A stretch of DNA of 64,000 nucleotides from Hallerella sp. GTDB lineage: Bacteria > Bacillota_I > Bacilli_A > RFN20 > CAG-826. Every line of letters begins with the position of its first letter. Positions within the stretch are counted from its first letter, which is position 1. Below are positions 1-9,295 of the stretch, one piece after another. Location of the stretch: the NCBI GenBank assembly GCA_963648925.1, contig CAVJFO010000009.1, positions 25,696-89,695 on the forward strand, read 5' to 3'. The notes beneath the pieces were generated by a model that was not told the DNA's origin, made no database searches, and saw only the letters and a program-made list of their open reading frames with translations. A program made the position numbers and the translations under genes.

Positions 1-383
1 CTCATCCAAGTCACATCGTTTTCTTTTAAAGCAAGATAGGAAAATTCTCTTTTGAAAAAGCCAAAAGGAGTTCTTTCTTGGAAAAAAGGGTCAGAAACAA
101 CGATTTCATCATAAACAAAGCCTTGCTTTGGGAGGTATTTGTCATAACTTAAAACAATATTACCAATCTTTTTAGGAGAAGGCTTAACCGTTTTAAAATA
201 AGGATTATCTAGGTATGGCTTATCATCGAGCGAATCGATTCTAAAAGGTTCAAGAGTTTTCTTTACTTGATACCCATTTGTAAGAATATCGTTGAAGTAG
301 TTTGCTTCATCAATCGTATTTTCAAGGGTGTCTAGATAATACCCATATTGAATAAATTCTTTTTCGCTTAAATTAATTTTCAT
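1..383 (-). CDS. hypothetical protein, N-terminal part only (gene continues beyond the left window edge)
   Basis: Minus-strand frame is open from ATG (383-381) to the window edge. My translation: MKINLSEKEFIQYGYYLDTLENTIDEANYF...ERTPFGFFKREFSYLALKENDVTWM. It is absent from the ORF track because no stop lies in the window. No motif I can assign. Confidence 0.6.
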   Translation of the reverse strand, partial: MKINLSEKEFIQYGYYLDTLENTIDEANYFNDILTNGYQVKKTLEPFRIDSLDDKPYLDNPYFKTVKPSPKKIGNIVLSYDKYLPKQGFVYDEIVVSDPFFQERTPFGFFKREFSYLALKENDVTWM

Positions 384-429
384 CTTTATAAGTCTACTTA
401 ATTTGCCTAACTTGTGTTAGTCTTATTTC

Positions 430-831
430 ATGAAAAACGAAATTATTCTCACCAATATGTGTATGTTATACAAAGAAGATGGATCCTTTCTTGTTATCAA
501 TCGTCTAAAACAAGATTGGCCAGGGATCAATTTCCCTGGCGGGCATGTTGAATATGATGAAGATATTCCAACTTCAGTTATAAGAGAAATGAAAGAAGAA
601 ACGGGTTTTGACGTTAAAAATCCTGAATTTGTCACTTATTATGAATGGAATATACCAGAGGAGAAAAAACGTCATTTATGTCTTCTTTTTCGCTCAAAAG
701 ATTTTTCTGGCAAGATGAAATCTTCTTCAGAAGGAGAAATATTCTTTATGAAAAAAGAGGATTTAGAAAAATACCCTCTTTCAGTTGATTTCGACAAAAT
801 ATTATCTATTGTTTCAAAAGACGTTATTTGA
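430..831 (+). CDS. Nudix hydrolase (MutT-like)
   Basis: 133-aa ORF with a Nudix box, GGHVEYDEDIPTSVIREMKEETGF (GX5EX7REUXEEXGU). No SD; a possible -10 lies 6 nt upstream of the ATG. Confidence 0.85.
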   Translation: MKNEIILTNMCMLYKEDGSFLVINRLKQDWPGINFPGGHVEYDEDIPTSVIREMKEETGFDVKNPEFVTYYEWNIPEEKKRHLCLLFRSKDFSGKMKSSSEGEIFFMKKEDLEKYPLSVDFDKILSIVSKDVI

Positions 832-2437
832 CTTCAGGATCAGGATTGTCATCGAAATATTTAGCGTCAACCTTGCCAACTTGCGTTCTAGGCAACTCTT
901 TCATAATTATGACCTTATCTGGCATATAGGCTGGAGGCAATGATGTTTGAATCTTAGCTAAAATAAGCCTTTTTGCTTCATCATCGCTAACTTGGTCTCG
1001 GCCTTTTCTTGTTACCGCAACAACTCTAAAAACCTGCCCTTTTCTCTCGTTAGGCACGCCGTAGCAGTAGCAAGAGTAGATTTCAGGCATTTCCATGATG
1101 GAGGATTCAACATCAGTCGGACATAAAGTTTCACCATTAACTTTAACGACTCTCTTTAACCTTTGACAGAAATAAACGTATCCGTCTTCATCCATGTAGC
1201 CAAGATCACCAGTATGTAACCAAGTTCTCCCCCTTTCATCTTGTGTTAAAACTCTCTTCGTTTCCTCTTCGTCGTTGAGATAACCGTTCATTGTCATTGG
1301 GCCGGAAACTAATATCTCGCCTTTTTCGCCAAAAGGCAATTCCAGGCCATTTTCACCGACGATTTTTGCTTTTTCGCCGGGCTGAGGTTTGCCAATGGAA
1401 CCTTTTCTTGCACGTCCAAATCTTGTATTAACCATGCATACTGCAGCCTCAGTAGAACCGTATCCTTGATAGAGTTTTGCCTCACTTCCCCAAATCTTCA
1501 TCGTGTTATTCCAGTTTGTAAGGAAGGTTTCGGATATCGCGTCTCCCCCAACGTAGGCAATAAGTTGTTTTTTAAGATGGTCGCCATAAAAGCTTTTCTT
1601 TGATAGAAGGGCGTTATAGATTGCGGGAACTCCTAAAAGAGTGTTAGTATGCCCTTTTTTGATGTGAGCGATGGCTTCTTTTGTATTAAATTTAAGCATT
1701 AAAACAGTTGATCCGCCAAAAGACAAAGGAGTCACTAAACCCATTCCTAATCCGAAAATATGAAAAAGTGGGATAGCGGCAAAAAGTTTTATTTCTTCAT
1801 AAGGTCCACCAATCAATTGATAAGAGGTGCGACCAAGATAATTAATGGCTCTAGAGGATATTCTAACGATTTTAGGTTCGCCATTTGTTCCGCCGGTATT
1901 CAAATATAAAGCGTCATCATTCTCGTCTGGGTGATACGCTTCAAGTTCCTTATCTTTGACTTTAGACAATTTATGATATTTCAAAAGACCGTCTCTTGAA
2001 CGTCCAACGGCTCTAAAATATCCAGATTTTAAAGCGTTTATCTTCACGTATGGGTTAATGCCTACGATCGTATATTCATTAGAGAAGTAGTCTCTATTTT
2101 TAAAGCCGGTATTCCAAAGGCAGAAAAGAATTTTGGAATTAGCACGGTCCATATATTTTTTTAGTGTTTCGGGAGGAGTGAGAGGATGGATATTGTATGA
2201 GATAGCCCCAATCATAGATATGGCATAGAAAAGTTCAGCGGCTTCAATGCAATTAGGAATTGAAACGGAAATGACATCTTTAGGTTTAACTCCCAAAGCT
2301 AATAATTTTCTAGCCGTAACCTTTACGCGATTATTAAATTGACGATAGGAAAAAGTTTTATTTTCAAATCTTATGCAAAGATTATGAGGATATTTTTCAA
2401 CTACTTCAAAAAATTGATCGTAAATGCTTTTATCCAT
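824..2437 (-). CDS. AMP-dependent synthetase/ligase (acyl-CoA synthetase-like)
   Basis: 537-aa ORF with adenylate-forming motifs YLNTGGTNGEPK, GYGSTE and HTGDLGYMDEDGYVYFCQRLKRVVKVNG. Its 3' end overlaps the Nudix gene by 8 nt (convergent). Confidence 0.85.
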   Translation of the reverse strand: MDKSIYDQFFEVVEKYPHNLCIRFENKTFSYRQFNNRVKVTARKLLALGVKPKDVISVSIPNCIEAAELFYAISMIGAISYNIHPLTPPETLKKYMDRANSKILFCLWNTGFKNRDYFSNEYTIVGINPYVKINALKSGYFRAVGRSRDGLLKYHKLSKVKDKELEAYHPDENDDALYLNTGGTNGEPKIVRISSRAINYLGRTSYQLIGGPYEEIKLFAAIPLFHIFGLGMGLVTPLSFGGSTVLMLKFNTKEAIAHIKKGHTNTLLGVPAIYNALLSKKSFYGDHLKKQLIAYVGGDAISETFLTNWNNTMKIWGSEAKLYQGYGSTEAAVCMVNTRFGRARKGSIGKPQPGEKAKIVGENGLELPFGEKGEILVSGPMTMNGYLNDEEETKRVLTQDERGRTWLHTGDLGYMDEDGYVYFCQRLKRVVKVNGETLCPTDVESSIMEMPEIYSCYCYGVPNERKGQVFRVVAVTRKGRDQVSDDEAKRLILAKIQTSLPPAYMPDKVIIMKELPRTQVGKVDAKYFDDNPDPEVK

Positions 2438-2440
2438 CTT

Positions 2441-3427
2441 TTATAACCCCACAATTCTATATCCAACCAATAAATATACGATCGCTAGAATCCCATAAAT
2501 TATTGGCATATGTAAAATGTAAATAACTAATGTATGTTTCCCCATAAATAATACAGGGGTCGCCCATTTTCCTTTAAAAGACTCTGGTAAGAGAGATTTT
2601 TTCTTTTCATAAAAGAGTTTTCCGAAAGCTGCGCCAAGGAATAAAACAGCGGTAACTTGAGTTGGAGAAAAATAATCGTCTCCATATCTAGCCGTCCCAA
2701 GTAAAAGTTTCCACCAATCTTCAAATCCCTTTGCGACGTTTATCATTCCTGTTGCGTTATTACAAGAAAAGTAGGCAGTAATTATAGCAATGATTGACCA
2801 AATTATTGCAGCAATAAATGTTTGATAAAATTTATTGAAGAAGATATCAAATACTGAATAGATGATAAGCGCTATGGCCATTGATTGAAGTATGCCTAGA
2901 ATTATTGATATTTGTGGACGGTGATTATACATATCGCATGCAAACGAAGTATCACCCACGTTACATGCATGGCCTTGAATGTTGTTTAGTGTCACTGAAA
3001 TTGCGATAAGAAAAACGGTCATCAATTCGGCTAAATAAGCCAATTGAAATGCTCTTTTAACGTTATTTCTAGCGAATGAGCAGGAAATGCCTGATAGGAA
3101 GACGAATAATCCGGAGAAGAATATTTCTAAAAAGTGCAAACAAAACCTTCCTTCGCCAAAGGGATTAGAAATACCAGAAGGGATAACTATCGAATCAAAA
3201 ACATTTGTGCAGAAGCGATTCATCGCCTCAATAGTTCCGTTTGATGCTGAGTTCCTATCAAAAAACATTCCCATCAACCCGCTAAAGGAAGCGGCAAAGC
3301 AAAAATGAACCGCAATCATCAAAATAATATCGAATCCCCTAAGGAAATCTATCTCGAAAATGCGCTTAGAGTTAAATCTTTTAGCGAGACGTTGATATTT
3401 AAGACATTTAACCCCAAACAAATCCAT
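2441..3427 (-). CDS. polytopic membrane protein, DUF1624 / heparan-alpha-glucosaminide N-acetyltransferase-like acyltransferase
   Basis: 328-aa ORF with many hydrophobic segments. The N-terminal RIFEIDFLRGFDIILMIAVH resembles the DUF1624 acyltransferase signature. It ends 3 nt before the acyl-CoA ligase gene on the same strand. Confidence 0.6.
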   Translation of the reverse strand: MDLFGVKCLKYQRLAKRFNSKRIFEIDFLRGFDIILMIAVHFCFAASFSGLMGMFFDRNSASNGTIEAMNRFCTNVFDSIVIPSGISNPFGEGRFCLHFLEIFFSGLFVFLSGISCSFARNNVKRAFQLAYLAELMTVFLIAISVTLNNIQGHACNVGDTSFACDMYNHRPQISIILGILQSMAIALIIYSVFDIFFNKFYQTFIAAIIWSIIAIITAYFSCNNATGMINVAKGFEDWWKLLLGTARYGDDYFSPTQVTAVLFLGAAFGKLFYEKKKSLLPESFKGKWATPVLFMGKHTLVIYILHMPIIYGILAIVYLLVGYRIVGL

Positions 3428-3435
3428 GCTAAAAA

Positions 3436-3444
3436 ACTATAACA
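3436..3444 (-). promoter_or_regulatory. extended -10 box (TGtTATAGT) 8 nt upstream of ATG 3427; candidate leaderless promoter
   Basis: The reverse complement of 3436-3444 reads TGTTATAGT. No SD lies between it and the ATG. Confidence 0.45.
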
Positions 3445-3545
3445 TTCTTAAAAGAAATTAAAAAACATTTTATCCTAAAAAAGAATATTTCATTCTCTAG
3501 AGATAGTTTTTGCTTTATCTATGATAAAGAGATAAACTACTCATT

Positions 3546-4961
3546 ATGGAATTAGATTACGAAGAATTTGAAAATATTCTGTCCCACACGAAAAATAATG
3601 AAATTGAAATTTTGCGTTCAAAAAAGTGTGGTTGCATTTTTTGCGGCCAGATTTTAGATGCTAGAAAAATAAATAACTGGTCAAACGATTCAAACGTATC
3701 ATCTGCTATATGCCCTAAATGCGGAATGAATCTCGTACTCGGTGATGCATCAGGGTACAAAATCGATAAAGAAAGCGTTTTGCAATGGCATATCTTTTTT
3801 GTCTGTAACCCGGATTCTATTTTTGAGAAAAATCATGAAATTGTTGAAAAATATATCGATTTATTTGAGGGCAAGAAAATAGTTTTAAACAATTTCGCCG
3901 AAGACTTGTACAAACATTATTTATATTTAGGAGTCGTAAAAAATAACGACCCCGTTTCATCTTTTAAAATTGCTCAAATTTACGAATTTGGAACTCGCTA
4001 TACGAAGCCTAATTACAATATAGCGCTCAATTATTATTCGCATCCTGGCCTTCTTTATGATGCTAGGGCTATTGGCCGTTATGGTGTTTGCAGCTATAAA
4101 TATAACAAAAATGATCAATTTACATACTATAGCAACGTTTCAAAATCCGCAGCTTTAGATTCTTTCTTTGGCAAATGCTATCTTGCTGATATTTACACAG
4201 AGGGCAAAGTCGACAGAAAAGATCCTGATTTTGCTTTTTCCATTCTTTCGAATACCTTTTTTGATGCATATAGAGCTTATTTCTTTAAAAACGATACCTT
4301 AATTCTACCCGACATTATTTGCCTTGGATATCGACTTGGATATTTATATGAAAAAGGTTGTGGGTGTCAGCAAAATGTAGATATCGCTTTGACTTATTAT
4401 TTGCTTATTGAAAAAATATATGAGCAAGCTTTAGAACTTGGAGAGACTGATCTTGAATGTGAGCATTATTACAAACTCAGTCAATCCCATATGAAAAAAA
4501 TAGTAAAAGAGAAGGGATATACTGCGGATAATGCGATTTTGGATGAAAATACCTTCATTCATTCAATGTACCCTCTTTCATACATAGCACAGGGCAAACT
4601 GCAATCTACAGAATTAGAAATCCCCTATATGGCATATGTTGGCCCCGAAGAATTTGATGAAGAAACCAAAACGTTCACTTTCAGCGTTAGATACAAGCCT
4701 AAGAAACCTTTGATTGTTGACCCAAGACGATTGTATTGTGAGATTAACGACAACGTTCTCTCTTGGAAATTCAATGGTGTAAAAGAAGTTTATTATTACT
4801 TTGAAAATTTCGATGAAGCGGCTTTTAGCAAGATTGAGGTCGGAGATTGCAAAATGATTTTCTACATTCGCTCTAATCAGCGAAATGAGCCAGTGTTAGA
4901 AATTGATTTTGATAGACCTGAGGACGAAACTGAAAACGAGAAAGGATTAATTGAGGCGTAA
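3546..4961 (+). CDS. cytoplasmic Sel1/TPR-like repeat protein with N-terminal four-Cys zinc ribbon
   Basis: 471-aa ORF. N-terminus has CGCIFCG...(24 aa)...CPKCG. The middle has Sel1-like repeats (e.g. LGYLYEKGCGCQQNVDIALTYY, IAQIYEFGTRYTKPNYNIALNYY). The C-terminal ~130 aa are unassigned. First gene of a tightly packed five-gene cluster. Confidence 0.6.
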   Translation: MELDYEEFENILSHTKNNEIEILRSKKCGCIFCGQILDARKINNWSNDSNVSSAICPKCGMNLVLGDASGYKIDKESVLQWHIFFVCNPDSIFEKNHEIVEKYIDLFEGKKIVLNNFAEDLYKHYLYLGVVKNNDPVSSFKIAQIYEFGTRYTKPNYNIALNYYSHPGLLYDARAIGRYGVCSYKYNKNDQFTYYSNVSKSAALDSFFGKCYLADIYTEGKVDRKDPDFAFSILSNTFFDAYRAYFFKNDTLILPDIICLGYRLGYLYEKGCGCQQNVDIALTYYLLIEKIYEQALELGETDLECEHYYKLSQSHMKKIVKEKGYTADNAILDENTFIHSMYPLSYIAQGKLQSTELEIPYMAYVGPEEFDEETKTFTFSVRYKPKKPLIVDPRRLYCEINDNVLSWKFNGVKEVYYYFENFDEAAFSKIEVGDCKMIFYIRSNQRNEPVLEIDFDRPEDETENEKGLIEA

Positions 4962-4964
4962 AAT

Positions 4965-6731
4965 ATGAAAAATACACAAAGAAAAGATCAAAAAAACGCA
5001 TTAAGCGCTCTTAAGGGCAAATATTGGAAAGTTTTTCTTTGCCCTACGGTCAAATTGCTTGAATGCGCGATGGAATTAACAACTCCATTCATTATCCGCT
5101 ACATCATTGACGATGGCATCGCAAATAATGATATCCATTTAACTGTCATTTTATCGCTAGTCGTTTTCGCTTTAGCTATTTTGGGTTTCTGTTTTACGAT
5201 GATTGGGCAATATTTTGCGGCTCGTGTGAGCGCGGATTATTCCTACGATCTTAGAAAAGATATCTATGGTCACATCGCCGAGCTTTCAGAATCTGATTTG
5301 AATAAATATGGTAAGCAAAAACTCTTAACTTTGCTTTCTAACGACGTTTTTTCTATGCAAAATGGCGTAATGCTATTCATGAGATTTATTTTCCGCCCAC
5401 CATTTATCATTATTGGCGCGACCATCCTTTCTTTCGTTATTAACTGGAGAAGCGGCTTGATCTTCTTAGCCGTAATGATTCTTAGTGCCATTATCATCGC
5501 CATCATCATGCTTGCCTCTCCAAAAAGATATGCGGCAATCCAATCAAATCTTGATGAAATATCCCTTCTTTCTAATGATGCCTTGCAAGGCGCAAGACCA
5601 ATTAGAGCTTTTAACAAGCAAGAATATGAGACAAAGAAATTCTCCGCTTCCGTTGAATCATACGAAAAGAAAAATATGTCCATGGCTGGATTCAATTCCT
5701 TGTTAAATCCAGCGACTTTCCTTTTTGTTAATGCCGGGATGGTCCTTATCGTTTATTTAGAATATAAACTCGGTGTTTTAAACGAGACTTCACACGTTGG
5801 ATTTATCACAATAGGTCAATTGGTCTCACTTATTTCTTACCTAACAACGTCACTTACCGCTTTGATTTCCTTCCAAAGATTAATTGTTTCGATGAATAAA
5901 GCAGCCGCATCTAAGAAACGTATTGATCAATTTTTCGTTTATGAACCAGCGATAATCAATAACAAGAAATACCATAAAGAAGATGCCGTTGAAGGTTCTT
6001 CTTTAGTTGCCTTTAAAAATGTCGGATTAACTTATGGCAATAAAGGTGAAAAAATGGCCGTTGAAAATCTTAGTTTTGATATAAAAGAAGGTGCATGGGT
6101 TGGCTTAATTGGCGGAACTGGATCAGGAAAATCTACAACGATATCTTTGCTAGAACGCCTTTATGAACCTTCAGTTGGAGAAATCTATTATCGAGGAAGG
6201 CCTCTTAATGATTACGATCTAGACGACTTAAGAAAAGAAATATCATTAGTCTCTCAAAAACCATCGATTTTCAAAGGCACAATACGTTCAAACCTTCTTA
6301 TCGCTAAAAAAGACGCTACCGAAGAAGAGTTAATTATCGCATTGAAAAAGTCGCTAGCTTATGAATATGTTTCTAAATACGACGATTTCCTCGATCATGA
6401 AGTGGAAGAAATGGGCGCTAACCTTTCTGGTGGCCAAAAGCAAAGACTGCTTATTGCTAGAGCGCTTCTAAAAGGCGGAGACCTCTTGATATTAGATGAT
6501 TCAACCTCAGCCTTAGATTATCTTTCAGATCAGCAAGTTAGACATAATATTTCCGAAATACCTGGCTTAACGAAGATAATCATTTCGCAAAGAGCTGGTT
6601 CTTTGAAAGATTGTGATCTGATTCTCGTTTTTGACAAAGGAAAAATCATCGCTCAAGGAAAACATGATGAATTGTTGAAAACATGTCCTGTTTATCAAGA
6701 AATTTATGACATGCAAAGGAAAGGGGCTTAA
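4965..6731 (+). CDS. ABC exporter subunit (TMD-NBD), degenerate-site partner
   Basis: 588 aa. N-terminal six-TM region, Walker A GGTGSGKST, signature LSGGQKQR. Walker B is LLILDDSTSALD (Asp in place of the catalytic Glu) and the H-loop is IISQR (Gln in place of His). Confidence 0.9.
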   Translation: MKNTQRKDQKNALSALKGKYWKVFLCPTVKLLECAMELTTPFIIRYIIDDGIANNDIHLTVILSLVVFALAILGFCFTMIGQYFAARVSADYSYDLRKDIYGHIAELSESDLNKYGKQKLLTLLSNDVFSMQNGVMLFMRFIFRPPFIIIGATILSFVINWRSGLIFLAVMILSAIIIAIIMLASPKRYAAIQSNLDEISLLSNDALQGARPIRAFNKQEYETKKFSASVESYEKKNMSMAGFNSLLNPATFLFVNAGMVLIVYLEYKLGVLNETSHVGFITIGQLVSLISYLTTSLTALISFQRLIVSMNKAAASKKRIDQFFVYEPAIINNKKYHKEDAVEGSSLVAFKNVGLTYGNKGEKMAVENLSFDIKEGAWVGLIGGTGSGKSTTISLLERLYEPSVGEIYYRGRPLNDYDLDDLRKEISLVSQKPSIFKGTIRSNLLIAKKDATEEELIIALKKSLAYEYVSKYDDFLDHEVEEMGANLSGGQKQRLLIARALLKGGDLLILDDSTSALDYLSDQQVRHNISEIPGLTKIIISQRAGSLKDCDLILVFDKGKIIAQGKHDELLKTCPVYQEIYDMQRKGA

Positions 6732-6734
6732 TTT

Positions 6735-8495
6735 ATGATCAAAAAAATAAAATCATTCATGCCTTATGTAAAAGGCTCATATGGATTAGTTTTTATATCC
6801 TTGCTTTGCGCTTCATTAGCGACTGGTTCAAAGCTTTTCATCCCATTTTTAGCAGGAAAATGCGTAAATTTAATGAAGGGCGCTGTTGACTCTAACGGTG
6901 GAGATTTCTCTTCGATATCTTCTAAATTGCAGCTCTATTTCATTATAATGGCCGCCTTATTAGTGGTTGGAACGATATTTAGATATATATTCGACTTCAT
7001 CACGTATTTAGTTGGTCAAAGAGTGATCAAAAACATTCGTAATAGACTTTTCAAAGCTACTCTCGAATCTCCAATTTCTTCAATCGATCAATCAAGAAAG
7101 GGCGATCTTTTACTTAGATTAGTTAATGACGTTGAAAATGTTCAAACAGGTTTAATCAGTGGTTTTGCGGCCTTCTATGATGGCATTGTTTCTATCATCA
7201 TTACTCTAGTTTTCATGTTTACCCTAAACTGGATATTAGGCTTAGTAGTCGTTGGACTAACGCCAATTTCCATCATTGTTTCGAGATTTATTTCTAAATT
7301 TAACAGCAAACATTTCCGCAAACAAAGAAGCTCTCAAGGCATGGTTAACGCTTTCGCTTCTGAAAGTTTAACTAATTCTGAGGCCGTAGCAACCTTAAAT
7401 ATTGGCGAAGATCGCATCAAAGAGTTTGATGCTCTTTCAGATGAGTTCCGTAATTCAACGTTCAAAGCCAATTTAGGCTCATCGATAATCAATCCTTCAA
7501 CGAGACTTGTTAATTCCTTAATTAATGGCGCCTTGGTGCTTATTGGCGCTTTGATTATCATCAATTCCCCAAAAGGAATCGGGCTCGATACTTTCTTAGT
7601 TGGTGACTTATCGGCTTTCTTAACGTATGCATCCTCTTATATGCAACCGTTTAACGAAATTTCTAACGTTGTTACGGAAATCGATTACGCTCTTGCCTCT
7701 TTTGCAAGAATCGATGAGACGATAAACGGAATTAAAGACACAAACGAAGGAAAAGAAATCTTAAAAGGTAGCGTTGATACTCTTGAAGCAAAGGACGTCA
7801 CTTTCTCATATGATGGCAAACGTCAAATCATCAAAGATTTCTCTCTTGATATATATAAAGGGCACAAAATAGCCTTTGTTGGTCCAACGGGATGCGGAAA
7901 AACGACTCTCATCAACCTTTTGATGCGTTTCTATGATCCTCAAGAGGGCGCATTCTATGCGAATAACGTTTCAACGAAAGACTTGGAAAAGTCCGCTTTC
8001 CGTGAACATATTGGCATGGTTTTGCAGGATACCTGGATTTTCAGCGGAACTGTTTTTGAAAATATCGCCTATGCAAAAGAGGGAGCAACCTTAGAAGAGG
8101 TAAAAGAAGCGGCAAGAAAAGCTCAAGCAAGCGGCTTTATTGAACGTTTACCTCAGGGGTATGATACGTTGATTTCTGATTCTAGTGGGCTTTCAATCGG
8201 TGAGAAACAATTGATTTGTGTTGCTAGGGTTATGCTTTTAGAACCAGAAATCGTCGTGCTTGATGAGGCAACATCAAACATTGACGTTCGTACAGAAAAA
8301 CTTCTTTCAGAGGCTTTCGATCAATTAATGAAAAACAAGACATCCCTTGTTGTTGCGCACCGCTTATCCACTATTGTTTCATCTGACCTCATTGTTGTTT
8401 TGAAGGACGGTGAAATAATTGAAACGGGTAACCATAAAGAACTCATGGCCAAAGGCGGATTCTACTATAACCTTTATAATGCTCAATTTAATTAA
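6735..8495 (+). CDS. ABC exporter subunit (TMD-NBD), consensus-site partner
   Basis: 586 aa. Walker A GPTGCGKTT, Walker B VVLDEATSNID, H-loop VVAHR, but a degenerate signature LSIGEKQ. Together with 4965-6731 this gives the classic one-degenerate-site heterodimer pattern. Confidence 0.9.
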   Translation: MIKKIKSFMPYVKGSYGLVFISLLCASLATGSKLFIPFLAGKCVNLMKGAVDSNGGDFSSISSKLQLYFIIMAALLVVGTIFRYIFDFITYLVGQRVIKNIRNRLFKATLESPISSIDQSRKGDLLLRLVNDVENVQTGLISGFAAFYDGIVSIIITLVFMFTLNWILGLVVVGLTPISIIVSRFISKFNSKHFRKQRSSQGMVNAFASESLTNSEAVATLNIGEDRIKEFDALSDEFRNSTFKANLGSSIINPSTRLVNSLINGALVLIGALIIINSPKGIGLDTFLVGDLSAFLTYASSYMQPFNEISNVVTEIDYALASFARIDETINGIKDTNEGKEILKGSVDTLEAKDVTFSYDGKRQIIKDFSLDIYKGHKIAFVGPTGCGKTTLINLLMRFYDPQEGAFYANNVSTKDLEKSAFREHIGMVLQDTWIFSGTVFENIAYAKEGATLEEVKEAARKAQASGFIERLPQGYDTLISDSSGLSIGEKQLICVARVMLLEPEIVVLDEATSNIDVRTEKLLSEAFDQLMKNKTSLVVAHRLSTIVSSDLIVVLKDGEIIETGNHKELMAKGGFYYNLYNAQFN

Positions 8496-9295
8496 TGATG
8501 AACAAAAAGAAACTAAACAAAATATTTCTATTATTGCCGCTCGTTTCTTTATTAGGCAGCTGTCAAATTGCTTATTCTCATCCGATAACGCAATCGGCCG
8601 CTAAAGATATTATTTCTTCAACCTTAGCAAGAATAAATGAGAAAGATTATAAAGAATTTTCAAAGATATCTTTCGAGTCTAAACTAGTAGAAGAAAGAAC
8701 GACATCGTTTTTCAATTCTCTTTTTTTAGAGACGATATACAAATTCGAGTATGTTTCCGAGCCTTATTCTTTGAAGATTGATATCGATTCCTCAAATAAA
8801 GAAAACAAAGAACTTCTTGTCGAAAGTTCTTCGATTCTTATAAGTAAGACGGAAGAAACTTATCTTATTTCTATTGATGGAGATACTCCGGTTGACATAA
8901 ATCAGGAAGAATACAAAGTTTACTGGGCGTTTTGCGATTTCTCTTCTTATATCAAGACAATTTCTCGAAAACTCATCAAAAAGACTGATGATTTAATTAA
9001 TTCGGTGGGTAATTCTACGGAAAACAAAGAAAACAAACTGGTTGGTTTTCAAACCTCATCTTCTGGAAACTTAAATCTAGATATTGCCTTTGAAGGATCA
9101 GAATTCAATGCTAAAGACATGTTTTTTCAAGATAATTACAACGCGGAAACCGCCACGGTTTTAGCTGCCTTGATGAATAATGGTCTTATTGATAAGTTTT
9201 ATTCAAAATACGCGTTCGTAGTAAACCAAACGAATGATTATTATCTCGCTGGAACATACGAAGGCAAAATCATAAACACCATCAAATACGAATGA
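8495..9295 (+). CDS. lipoprotein, function unknown
   Basis: 266 aa. Signal peptide plus lipobox MMNKKKLNKIFLLLPLVSLLGSC. The start overlaps the ABC gene stop by 1 nt. Confidence 0.75.
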   Translation: MMNKKKLNKIFLLLPLVSLLGSCQIAYSHPITQSAAKDIISSTLARINEKDYKEFSKISFESKLVEERTTSFFNSLFLETIYKFEYVSEPYSLKIDIDSSNKENKELLVESSSILISKTEETYLISIDGDTPVDINQEEYKVYWAFCDFSSYIKTISRKLIKKTDDLINSVGNSTENKENKLVGFQTSSSGNLNLDIAFEGSEFNAKDMFFQDNYNAETATVLAALMNNGLIDKFYSKYAFVVNQTNDYYLAGTYEGKIINTIKYE

